Below are positions 41,281-50,311 of a stretch of DNA of 64,000 bases, one piece after another (within the stretch, counting starts at the first letter, position 1; each line of letters starts with the position of its first letter). The position numbers and the translations under genes are program-made. The notes under the pieces were generated by a model. The model saw only the letters and a program-made list of their open reading frames with translations. It ran no database searches and was not told the DNA's origin. The stretch comes from Dehalococcoidia bacterium. Lineage in GTDB: Bacteria; Chloroflexota; Dehalococcoidia; Bin125. The stretch spans positions 552,125 to 616,124 of the forward strand of contig OZ252031.1 of NCBI GenBank assembly GCA_965247775.1, written 5' to 3'.

Positions 41281-41935
41281 TCACGAGCGGACACTCGGAG
41301 CAATGAGCCGTACGCGGGTGGCAGAAACGGGCAGCGATGTCGATCAGTCCAAGATTGAACTCCTTTGCTGAGCCCTCGGGCAGGAGCTCCTCCGCGGACT
41401 GCATGAGCGTCCGACTCGCGTAGGACGGTCCACTGATGTCCTGGCCGAGGACTCTTCTCAAGACCCTGCCGCTTCCCTCATCGATCATCGGCACAGCCTG
41501 GCCGTATGCCAGGCACAGGACGGCCCGCGCGCTGTATCGGCCGAGCCCCGGCAACGCCTCCAACTCCCGCAGACCTTGTGGCACCTGGCCTCCGTGCTCC
41601 TGCACCAGAATTCGTGCGCACTCCACAAGCCTGTCCGCCCGGTTCACCAGACCAAGAGTGCGGAAGTGTCGACGCACGCTAGCGACGTTCGCCTGAGCAA
41701 GCGACTCGGGGTCAGGATACTTCGCGATCAAGTCCAGATACGGAGTAACTACCCGAGGAGCTTGGGTCTGGCGGAGCAGCACCTCCGCAACGAGAAGATG
41801 GTATGGGTTCCGGATCTCCCGCCAGGGGAAAACTCGCCCATTCTCACGGTACCACCCGACCGCGGAGTCTGCCAGTTCCCGGCGAGCTTGTAGATCCCGT
41901 GCTCCTTCAGATTCTTCGACAGGCTCTCGTTCCAT
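41216..41935 (-). CDS. HhH-GPD DNA glycosylase (endonuclease III / MutY / Mig-like) with a 4Fe-4S loop
   Basis: LLVAEVLLRQTQA, LPGLGRYSARAVL (HhH) and the C-terminal CHPRTAHCSECPLVSDC. ATG 41935 lies 2 nt after the dcm TGA; the alternative TTG 41941 overlaps it. Confidence 0.75.
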   Translation of the reverse strand: MEREPVEESEGARDLQARRELADSAVGWYRENGRVFPWREIRNPYHLLVAEVLLRQTQAPRVVTPYLDLIAKYPDPESLAQANVASVRRHFRTLGLVNRADRLVECARILVQEHGGQVPQGLRELEALPGLGRYSARAVLCLAYGQAVPMIDEGSGRVLRRVLGQDISGPSYASRTLMQSAEELLPEGSAKEFNLGLIDIAARFCHPRTAHCSECPLVSDCEYGKASTMAVGCAAPSGY

Positions 41936-41937
41936 CC

Positions 41938-43296
41938 TCAACGGCCCCCGGAGGCGGTTGATGGACCGAGGTCACGGTGATCCAAGAGTCGTCTCGCGAC
42001 CTCATAGGCTACGTCAACGTGCACAGCGTTCCCCAGAGCTTTGAAGGTAGCAACTCTGGACGTCGGGACATTGAACTCATCAGGAAAACCCTGCAGGCGT
42101 AGCCCTTCCACACGGGACAAGTGGCGCCGCTCGGGTCCTAGGATGGGAATCTGCGTGCTAGTCATCGCCACCAGAGACGGGCTGCTCGCATATCGCTTGA
42201 CACGCAGGCCAGACGGCCTGAACTGGAGGATGTGTCTCCACAGGTCCCTCTCTTCTCCCTGGCAGTTCCACTCGAGCTTTCGGAGGGAGGGGGGAAAGGC
42301 CTGAAGGCCGCTAACCCAACCTAGGGGAAGTTCGTCTCGAATCGTCGAAAGCCAGGCGCGGTTTGCTCTGATGAACTGCACCTTCCACCGGGGGAACTCC
42401 GTGACTTTGGTTTTCGCATAGCTGGGCAGGAGATTGAATTCCCGCCTGAGGCCAGACGTCCCGTGGCTGGGGGGGTCAGAGCCATTCTCCCGAGCTCGCA
42501 CCTTAGCCCATGGTGTCACGCCTTCGTAGGAGTAGGTCGCGTTGAACTCATCGCCCCATATCGGAAACGACGGCAGCGATATCTGGTCCTCCGAAAGTGC
42601 CCCCAGAAAGGCGGTCCAGTGCTCTATGCAGTGCCAGTGCTGGTCCCCGATGAGTGTCTCCTCGCGATCTCGCGTAGACAGCTCAGTCCGCGCTTGGACA
42701 ACGTCATCCATCGAAGTCACGGCCCTCCTATTCCTCGGCGGGAAGGGACTGGCCAAGAGGCCCTCAAGTGAAGCTACGGCGAAGAAGCGCTCCCGGTGAT
42801 GCGGGAACCCGAGGTGATGTGGTGAGATAAGGCCCTCACCTCCACTCGTGACATGCTCGGTTCCTCGGACCTCGTAGCCGAGCTCTTCCAGGCTGCTCTT
42901 CACGATCGACCATGTGCGTCCCTGGTCGTGGCGTTCAAAGTTCCCGACATTCTCCAAGATCACGAAGCTGGGCCTGTGCCTCTCGACGATCTCTCGAATC
43001 TCGTGAAACAGTGTCCCGGTCGTCTGGTCCCTCATGCCAGCCTGAGCGCCAGACTTGGAGAAGGGTTGGCACGGGAAGCCGGCACAAAGCACGTCGTGCT
43101 GAGGAACGTCGTCCTTTGCGAGCCTGATATCGCCGTGGACGGGCGGCCCATCGAGAAAGTTCTTGCCATAGACCTCTTGGAGTTGGCCATCGATTTCGCA
43201 CGCAAAGACGCACTCGTGCCCAAGACGCTCGAGTGCGAGGCGGAAGCCACCCAGGCCAGCGAAGAGGTCGATGAACCTCATCGGTGGGACGCCCAT
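41938..43296 (-). CDS. dcm: DNA (cytosine-5)-methyltransferase
   Basis: Motif I FIDLFAGLGGF, motif IV GFPCQPFS, motif VI ENV, and C-terminal QGFPDEF...GNAV. Confidence 0.85.
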   Translation of the reverse strand: MGVPPMRFIDLFAGLGGFRLALERLGHECVFACEIDGQLQEVYGKNFLDGPPVHGDIRLAKDDVPQHDVLCAGFPCQPFSKSGAQAGMRDQTTGTLFHEIREIVERHRPSFVILENVGNFERHDQGRTWSIVKSSLEELGYEVRGTEHVTSGGEGLISPHHLGFPHHRERFFAVASLEGLLASPFPPRNRRAVTSMDDVVQARTELSTRDREETLIGDQHWHCIEHWTAFLGALSEDQISLPSFPIWGDEFNATYSYEGVTPWAKVRARENGSDPPSHGTSGLRREFNLLPSYAKTKVTEFPRWKVQFIRANRAWLSTIRDELPLGWVSGLQAFPPSLRKLEWNCQGEERDLWRHILQFRPSGLRVKRYASSPSLVAMTSTQIPILGPERRHLSRVEGLRLQGFPDEFNVPTSRVATFKALGNAVHVDVAYEVARRLLDHRDLGPSTASGGR

Positions 43297-43486
43297 GAGG
43301 GGTGTATGGTGAGCGGGCTACGCACTTCGGTGCATCCCTCCCCTCGTGTCTCCCCTAACCGATCACTGCTGACCTTAACGGCCTGCGTCTCGATACGCAC
43401 CGGGCCAGAGGCGTGCATGACGAATAAGGGGAGTCGGCCTACGCATCGCCCTATTGGTGAGATGACTCCCGGAGGCCGACGGTCGA

Positions 43487-43963
43487 CTACTGTGCGCCGG
43501 CCAAGTCGAGTGGCCTCCCTGTCTCACGCAGGAGCGTGACGGTACGGCGACGGTGGGGGATCCACGGTCGACCACTAGCCTGCCCTCCGCATCGCCTGGA
43601 TTTGCCGTCAGCCATTCGACCATCTGGCGCTGGGCCCCGAATCTCTTCGACGGGCCGGACGTGCTCCCGGAGGGTGTGGACCCGCCGATAGCCGAAGGCA
43701 TCGGCGACCACCTTTTCGTCCCATCCCCGGTCGCACAGTGAGAGCGCGAAGGGGGCGTTGAGCCGGCGGCGGTCGACACCGCCCAGCCCGGCGACACCGA
43801 GATAGCCCGCTACCACGAGGCGCAGGTGACTCGCGGTCGTGAGTTTCTCCGAGCGATTCGTCTGGAGGAAGATCGTCCCCCGCGGGGGCTCGGCGCTGGC
43901 CTGCCAGTACGCCTCGGAAGCGGTCTTCGAGCCAGTGCAAGCGATCGCTCGCGCTCTCGACAT
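43487..43963 (-). pseudogene. Possible HTH-domain remnant (IS630-like transposase N-terminus or sigma region-4-like)
   Basis: Part of ORF 43487..44329 with high third-position G+C. RRRLNAPFALSLCDRGWDEKVVADAFGYRRVHTLREHVRPVEEIRG resembles a winged-HTH. No catalytic domain follows. Confidence 0.3.
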
Positions 43964-44259
43964 TTGAACCGGAAGCGCCGGAGTCGATATCTGGCGACTC
44001 GGAGTCTGGAGCAAACCATAAGAAGACTGCGCGGGGACTGGCCCCCGGGAGTCGTCGACCACGCGCTGATCTTGGTAGACTTGATCTGGCGCCAGGCGCG
44101 GATCGCGTGACGGGTGCATCACAACCAGCCCACGGTCCGACTGGGTCGATGCCCCGCTCCCCCGCGCCGCATCGGTCTGCGACGCGACGGATTGGCAGCG
44201 TAGGGAGGGAACGAGATGGCGCAGTGCAAAGCGCGGACCGCCCGGGGCACGCGATGCTC

Positions 44260-44499
44260 CTACCCAGCGGTGCCGCCGTCCCGAAGCCTCTGCGGAAGGC
44301 ACCAGCGGGCGTTGGCACGCGGGACCCACGTGATCAACGCGGACAGCGGGCGAGCGTTCCCCAAGCCGCGCTGAGTCGCGGCGGTCCGAGCAAGCGGGCT
44401 GTCGACGCGCGAGCGATCTGCGCAGCGAACGTCAACGCGCTGTTCATCCTCGCTGGTGGTGAGGCGATCGAGAGCCCGGAATGCCGTGACCGTGTCCAT
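44260..44499 (-). CDS. Hypothetical 79-aa ORF with a strong Shine-Dalgarno sequence
   Basis: ATG 44499 is preceded by AGAGGAGACCC. The second half of the product is Arg/Trp-rich, so it may be a truncated or frameshifted remnant. Confidence 0.25.
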   Translation of the reverse strand: MDTVTAFRALDRLTTSEDEQRVDVRCADRSRVDSPLARTAATQRGLGNARPLSALITWVPRANARWCLPQRLRDGGTAG

Positions 44500-45104
44500 G
44501 GGTCTCCTCTGCGCGACGTCCGGCCATCGGTGGCCGTCCGTTCCGGACCGTTCACGTCAGGCGCAGGGCCACGGATCCCAACCCGCGAAGTCGGCACGGA
44601 ACGCACGGCCGGCGGGTGCCTCGACGGCGCCCACCAGCGATCCGGGCATATGATCCCCTGGCCCGCGCGCTCCGTGACGTGCCGAGGGGCGCGCGCGGCC
44701 GGCGCGCGGCCGCAGGCTGTTCGGGTGCGACGGGGGCACGGCGCGGACTGGCGGGGCCGCGCCGGCTCCGTCCAGCCCGATTTCGGGCCCAGCGCATCCC
44801 TCGGCGCCACGTATCCCCAGGCGGCGCGCCCCCTGCGCCACGGGCTCCCACGGCACCGGGGCGACTCATCAACGCAACTGAAGCGTCTGGCGCCTGCTGC
44901 CCTGCGGGGTACCCCCGCATCCGTGGGAAGGACGCCACGGTCTGAACACCCGAGCGAAGTGCCTGAGCCTCGTCGCCGGCTACGCGGAGGCGTAGGGCGA
45001 CGGCATCATCGCGTCGTTCCCGAGCGCGGTCTGGAGGATGATATCCTTGGGGCAAGAAAAAAGGGGGGCAGCCTCGCGGCGACCCCACCTTTGATTAGCG
45101 ATCG

Positions 45105-46724
45105 GTGGTCGCAAGGATAGGGATCACGGTTCCAAGCAGTCAAGAGGGCACAGGCACCGGAGCGTCCGCGTTCGACGACATCGTGGTGGCCAGACTCTTC
45201 GAGTTCTGGGGGGCGAACACCTCTTGGGAGCGTTCGCTTTGGGCCGTAGGTACCGTGGCGCAGCTGGACGAGCTTCTTGAGGCCTGCGTGGCGGGACTCA
45301 AGCCGGGGGCGCTGCATGCATTTCGGAGTGAGATCCAGCGCTTCGTCGGCCCGGACCCAGGAGTGGGCGATGCCAAAGCCCGACAAGTGCTCCTTGATGC
45401 CATCGGGGGAGATCTGACGGCAGAATCCGTTGGGTGGCACCGACTCAGTCTCGTCGTACCCAATATTCGCAAGGGCTACCTAGCGCGATGGACCACTGCA
45501 GTTCGAGCGAACCCACAGCCTGGTGCTGAGCTCGTAGCCCGCCACGTTGCCGCTCATCTCTTAGATCTCGGCTACTCGCCGAGCCACCTCTACCGATGGC
45601 TTGACTACAAGACAAACCACCAAACTCCACAGCCTGCTCTCGCCAACGTCCTCGACGCAGGAGATCTTGAGCTTGGCGGCGAGAACCCTCGAATGTTCCG
45701 CGTTCTCGTACCAGTTAAGGGGGCTCCCCATCTTCCGAACCCAGCACCCGCCAGCTGGAAGACTGCTCCCGAAGTGTCTCACCTAGTGCACACGTGGGGC
45801 GGCAACATATCTGGGCTGAGGCAAAATGGCGGCTTCCTGTTGGAGGTCTCCGCGATGGATCGGTTTGCCGCCGCAGCGGCGGCTCGTGATGTGATCGACC
45901 GGTGGAACTCGCGGGTCGAGTTGGCAACGAGCGACAGTCTCTCCACCATCCTCCAGGCATGGATCGAGGGTGTGCCATCGCCACTCGATTTGTCCGCACG
46001 ACGAAGAGGTGTCCGGGTCCGTGCTCTTAAGCTGGAGTTTCAACTCTATGCGACGCCAAGGCCAGATCCGTGGGAAGTACGCATTGATGACGCGTTCCAG
46101 CTGGCGCAACCGGCCGAGACCGGCCCTCGCTCAGCAGCAATCGCGGGTGCTTGGGCCTCGATTGCGTCCCTTCTGACGTCAGAACACGAAGACGACCGTT
46201 TGGGGGCACCACGGCTGGCAGCAATCGTCGCTTGTTCCTTCCCACGCGCAGAGTTAACTCGCTTGGCTCGTGTGCACGAGGCTTATGGCAACGATCAGCT
46301 GGCTCAAGACCTGTCTAGCAAGAGCAATCTGGATCGATCGGAACTCATCGCCGCCGCCCTGATGTCGGGCCAAGCTACGGCGATCCGTGATGCTGGTGAC
46401 GAGGCAGCAGCCCGAAGGATGAGGGAACTGCTCACCTATCCCCAAGCGATTCTCAAGCGGATTCGAGGGCACCTGGAAGGCAGCATTAACCGGCTCCACC
46501 GCCAGCGGAATCTCTTGCTCCACGCTGGCCTTGTCTCAGGCGATGGGCGCACAAGAACTCTGCGAAGCGCGCCTACGATCGTCGGCGCAGGGCTCGACCG
46601 GATTGCTCACGCTTGGTTTGCCGAACGCACAACCCCTCTCGAACTCGCGGCGCGAGCGGAGAATGGGATCTCACTCGTCGGGTCCTCGTCTGAGCGACCA
46701 CCTACCCGCCTGCTTGAGCCTTGA
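45105..46724 (+). CDS. 539-aa unknown protein with a C-terminal HEPN-like RNxxxH motif
   Basis: Uninterrupted ORF with lower G+C. INRLHRQRNLLLHAG (motif at about 46506..46523) fits the Rx4-6H HEPN signature. The rest is unrecognised. Confidence 0.5.
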   Translation: MVARIGITVPSSQEGTGTGASAFDDIVVARLFEFWGANTSWERSLWAVGTVAQLDELLEACVAGLKPGALHAFRSEIQRFVGPDPGVGDAKARQVLLDAIGGDLTAESVGWHRLSLVVPNIRKGYLARWTTAVRANPQPGAELVARHVAAHLLDLGYSPSHLYRWLDYKTNHQTPQPALANVLDAGDLELGGENPRMFRVLVPVKGAPHLPNPAPASWKTAPEVSHLVHTWGGNISGLRQNGGFLLEVSAMDRFAAAAAARDVIDRWNSRVELATSDSLSTILQAWIEGVPSPLDLSARRRGVRVRALKLEFQLYATPRPDPWEVRIDDAFQLAQPAETGPRSAAIAGAWASIASLLTSEHEDDRLGAPRLAAIVACSFPRAELTRLARVHEAYGNDQLAQDLSSKSNLDRSELIAAALMSGQATAIRDAGDEAAARRMRELLTYPQAILKRIRGHLEGSINRLHRQRNLLLHAGLVSGDGRTRTLRSAPTIVGAGLDRIAHAWFAERTTPLELAARAENGISLVGSSSERPPTRLLEP

Positions 46725-46802
46725 TCCTGGCTGTCAGCGCATGCGACTCCCTGCTCACGGGGCGCGGGCTGCGGCTGTTGCTCCTCGTTCGGCTCCGCGT
46801 TC

Positions 46803-47176
46803 CTAGCCTTCGCCCCGTTCCGCCTCTTCCCGCTCCCGGGGTTCAATGTCGTCCCGGATTCGCTCGCTGATGCGGTCCGTCTCCACCCGCAGCTCCTCGA
46901 TGCGCCGGAGCGCGGCAGCGCCCGGCATCGCCAACACCCCTTCCAGACCCTCACAGAGCCCGTCGAACCGCGGCCACTCCGCCGCCTCGAAGCGCTCCGG
47001 TGCAAGCTCGCCGCGCGACCCCACCCACGAGCACATGGCGAAGACGCTCTCGTCCGAGTCGAGCACCTCGCCGCAGTCGTCCTCCTCCAGGCACTCCTGC
47101 AGGTCCCCCAGGCGCGCGTCGAAGCGCCGTGCGAGCGTCTCGGAGTCGACGATCCAGTCCTCGATGTCGGGAAACA
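46803..47176 (-). CDS. Hypothetical acidic protein (about 124 aa)
   Basis: Only the C-terminal third of ORF 46803..47807 has coding-like composition (FPDIEDWIVDSETLARRFDARLGDLQECLEEDDCGEVLDSDE...). The TTG start at 47176 is a guess. Confidence 0.35.
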
Positions 47177-47214
47177 AAGGCTCGCAGCCGACCAGGACCA
47201 AGGCGTCGACCCCG

Positions 47215-47744
47215 GCAGCCGCGACTTCGACGCCTGGATCGCCTACACCGGCGCGACCGCGGCGCCGCACCCGGCCACGCGCCGCGTCGACACGCTGATC
47301 GAGGAGACGCTCTACGAGGAGCAGCTGCTCCCGGTCTGCAGCCCGGCCCTGCTCGCGGCGCGCGGGCAGCCCCGCGGCGCGGCCGAGCTGGACAGCTGGC
47401 CGCTGCTCTACGACCTGGGCTGGGACACCGACTGGGCGTACTGGTCGGCCTGCCAGAACCAGCCCGCGCCGGACCTCTCGCGGGCCTCGGGCTTCCGCCT
47501 CTACAGCATGCTGGTCGACGCTGCCGGCCAGGGGCTGGGGGCCGCCATCGGGCGCACCGCGCTGATTGCGGACGAGATCGCGAGCGGGACGCTGGTCCCC
47601 GTCCTCGAGTACCAGGCCAACGCCCCCAAGCGCTGCTGCCTCATCACCACCGCGAGCTCCCGGCGCAAGCCCGAGGTCCAGGCGTTCCGCCAGTGGATCC
47701 TCCGTCAGGCCCAATCCGCCACGCATCCGACGCGAGCACGCTGA
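47215..47744 (+). pseudogene. LysR-family regulator, C-terminal effector-domain fragment (no HTH)
   Basis: Frame of ORF 47508..47744, extended upstream without a start. EEQLLPVCSPALLA...WPLLYDLGWDTDWAYW...GLGAAIGRTALIADEIASGTLVPV...VQAFRQWIL follows the GcvA-type pattern. Confidence 0.6.
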
Positions 47745-47976
47745 CTCAGAGCCCAGCACGCCGCTGGGCACCCCCAGGTGCATCCGCCACGTGACGACAG
47801 CGCGCAAGCCTCGGTGAGCTATCGGTCACCGACCTGGAGCGGCTCCGCGTCTCCGCGGGGCTCGGCCGCCATGGCTTCAGGGCCGCGGTGATGAAGGCCG
47901 ACGCCGTCCCGCCCGAGCGCCGCGAGGCCTGGGTGGCGAAGCGGGTCGAGGAGGGCGTCGATGTCCTCGTCTGCCA

Positions 47977-48024
47977 CGCCAGGACATCGTCGCTACGCAG
48001 CCGGCGGGACACGTCGAGACTCAC
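47977..48024 (-). mobile_element. 48-nt internal fragment of the IS3-family orfB
   Basis: The reverse complement AGTCTCGACGTGTCCCGCCGGCTGCGTAGCGACGATGTCCTGG is nearly identical to the copy A region encoding SLDVARRLRSDDVLA. Confidence 0.55.
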
Positions 48025-48236
48025 GATCTGGCAATCGTGTGGGCGTGTCCCGCGGCGCTGGCTGCTGGTTGGTGGGCCTCGGAAGACTAGATATCCGCAA
48101 GCCGGAACCGAACCCCGTGCCTTATCCATCTAGCCGCCCGCCGCAGGCGCTCCAGGTGGGGGCAAGGTCAGTTGCTAAGGCGGGCTCCTGACACTAAGGT
48201 CGAGACGTTTCTATCGTTCCCCTGACCTTCGCGACC

Positions 48237-48326
48237 TTACTTGTCCCGCTTGGTCTGCCGCTTCTCCTTCAGCGTCCGGGACGCGGCCTGCTTCGTGTTC
48301 TTGCCGCCCTTGTCCTTCGTCGCCAT
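48237..48326 (-). CDS. Possible 29-aa basic micro-protein
   Basis: ATG 48326 is preceded by GAGGAGG. It encodes MATKDKGGKNTKQAASRTLKEKRQTKRDK (tail of ORF 48237..48461). Confidence 0.35.
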   Translation of the reverse strand: MATKDKGGKNTKQAASRTLKEKRQTKRDK

Positions 48327-48638
48327 CAGTGCCTCCTCGCCGACCGCCTTCGTGGCGACCATGGCCACCCCCTCTGGAGAGCCAGTGGGGCAGGAAATAC
48401 AACGCCAAATTAGAGCAGCTGTAGTTTTCGCGCCCCGTAGGCCCTCGCGCGCCCTTCCCACTCCGCCTCAAAGTCGGCTCGCGTTGCGCAGTGTACGCGC
48501 TGTGCTCGTCCCGCCGGGCCTGGATGACACGGCCCCGGTGGAGGCAGCGGGGCACGGACTCGGGGCAGGCGCGCCCCCGGCGTCGCTGGCACCTCTGCCG
48601 CCGTCTGGCCATCATGCCCGCGTGAATCGCGCGCTCGC

Positions 48639-49874
48639 GTGACCCCGGACGACGCCACCCCCCAGCGCCACCCCTGGCGGCCCCAGACCTTCGCCGCCTT
48701 CCAGGCCCCCTATTTCGCCCGCGTCCTCGTCAGCGGCGGGATCTGGAACATCACGCGCTGGATGAACCTCTTTCTCGCCGCGTTCCTGGCCGCGGATCTC
48801 ACCGACTCCCCCATCCTCTTGCAACTCGTCGGCGCCGCGCTCTTCGCCCCCTTCTTGCTCGGCGGCCTGCTCGGGGGCTTGATCTCCGACCGCTTCGACC
48901 GGCGCCTCACCGTGATCGGATACCTCCTCTTCCTCACCCCGGTCAGCCTCGGCCTCGCGGCCCTCGTCCTGAGCGACGCGATCCGTATCTGGATGCTCTA
49001 CCCCTTCGCCCTCGTCGCCGGCTTCGGCTGGGTGGTCGACCTGACGACCCGGCGCGCGCTGGTCGCCGACATCGTCGGCGATCACCTCGTCACCAACGCC
49101 TTTTCGCTCGAGACGCTCAGCAGCTCCCTGGGCGGCGTTGTCGGCGCGCTCGGCGGCGGCGCTCTCGTCGGGCTGATCGGCGTTGGCGAGGCCTACACCG
49201 CCGTCGCTGCGCTCCATCTCGCGGCCATCGCCGTCCTGCTCACCGTTCCCTCGCCCCCGCGCCGGCACCAGATCACGCGCCCGTGGCGCCGCGAGCTGCG
49301 CGCCGGCATCGCCATGCTGCCGCGTCACCGCCCGCTCGTCAGCATCCTCGGGGTCACCGTGGTCGTGAACCTCTTCTATTTCACCTTCATTGCGCTCGTC
49401 CCGGAGGTCGCCGAAAGCCTCGGCGTCGGCGCCTTCGCGACCGGCGTCCTCACCGGCGCCACCACGATCGGGGCAACGATCGCCTCCGCGGCTATCGCGT
49501 CCCTGGCGCGCCCTCCCCGGGGCCGGATCTACGTCCTCGGATCGCTGCTCGCCCTGGTGGCCCTGCCCGTCTTCGCCCTGGTCGACGTCTACGCCGTTGC
49601 GCTGCTTGCCCTCATCGTCAGCGGACTCGGCATGGGCGGATTCGCCACGATGCAGCTGACCCTCGCCGCCACCGTCGTCGAACAGGAAGCACGCGGCCGC
49701 GCGCTCGGCCTCATGAGTACGGCCATTGGCGTCCTGCCCTTCGGCACGATTCTGCTCGGTCTCGTCGCCGAGCCAATCGGTGTCGGCCCCGCGATCGCCG
49801 GTAGCGCCGGCGTCGGTGCGTTGCTGCTCGTGCTCTGGCTCCTGCGCTGGCCCGAGGCCTTGCGTCTTCCCTGA
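48639..49874 (+). CDS. MFS transporter
   Basis: 411 aa with about 12 hydrophobic segments and an LISDRFDRR loop motif after TM2. Confidence 0.8.
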   Translation: MTPDDATPQRHPWRPQTFAAFQAPYFARVLVSGGIWNITRWMNLFLAAFLAADLTDSPILLQLVGAALFAPFLLGGLLGGLISDRFDRRLTVIGYLLFLTPVSLGLAALVLSDAIRIWMLYPFALVAGFGWVVDLTTRRALVADIVGDHLVTNAFSLETLSSSLGGVVGALGGGALVGLIGVGEAYTAVAALHLAAIAVLLTVPSPPRRHQITRPWRRELRAGIAMLPRHRPLVSILGVTVVVNLFYFTFIALVPEVAESLGVGAFATGVLTGATTIGATIASAAIASLARPPRGRIYVLGSLLALVALPVFALVDVYAVALLALIVSGLGMGGFATMQLTLAATVVEQEARGRALGLMSTAIGVLPFGTILLGLVAEPIGVGPAIAGSAGVGALLLVLWLLRWPEALRLP

Positions 49875-50184
49875 CCCTGAGCCGCTCTCCAGGATCCGTG
49901 CGACTCGGGAGCGCTCCTCGTTGGCCTCATCACGGGTATGCCTTGGAGGCGACGTGACGGTGTCGTGAGACACCGCTGGTGAACGCCTCCGGCCAGGCAC
50001 GCGGGTCGCAGCCTACGTCGACGAAATCCGCGCCGTGGTCTTGCATCGGTCCGGCGCACGGGCGACTTCGCGGGCACATCCTCAGCGTCGTCGGCCCGGA
50101 CACGGTCGGCGGCTGCGCGGTCGGCGCGCGCCTCACGTTTGAGATCGACGGCCGGCCCGCCGATGAACCCGCCATCAACGACTG

Positions 50185-50311
50185 TGACCTGTCCCCCCAG
50201 AACCGGTCCAGATCCTGTGCGAGGATTCGGGCCGGTGAGGAGGGAGTCGGCATGGCGCGGAAGCGGTACACGGCGGAGCCGATCATCGGCAAGCTGCGGG
50301 AGGCGGAGGTC
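50185..50311 (+). mobile_element. IS3-family left-end fragment (IRL plus first 20 codons of orfA)
   Basis: TGACCTGTCCCCCCAGAACCGGTCCAGATCCTGTGCGAGGATTC...ATGGCGCGGAAGCGGTACACGGCGGAGCCGATCATCGGCAAGCTGCGGGAGGCGGAGGT, after which the homology stops. Confidence 0.75.

Noticed and set aside
44107-45120. 337-aa plus-strand ORF and overlapping minus-strand ORFs 44334..44810 and 44552..45088
   Set aside because: The products are extremely Arg/Pro/Gly/Ala-rich with no recognisable motif. I treated them as non-coding or decayed sequence.
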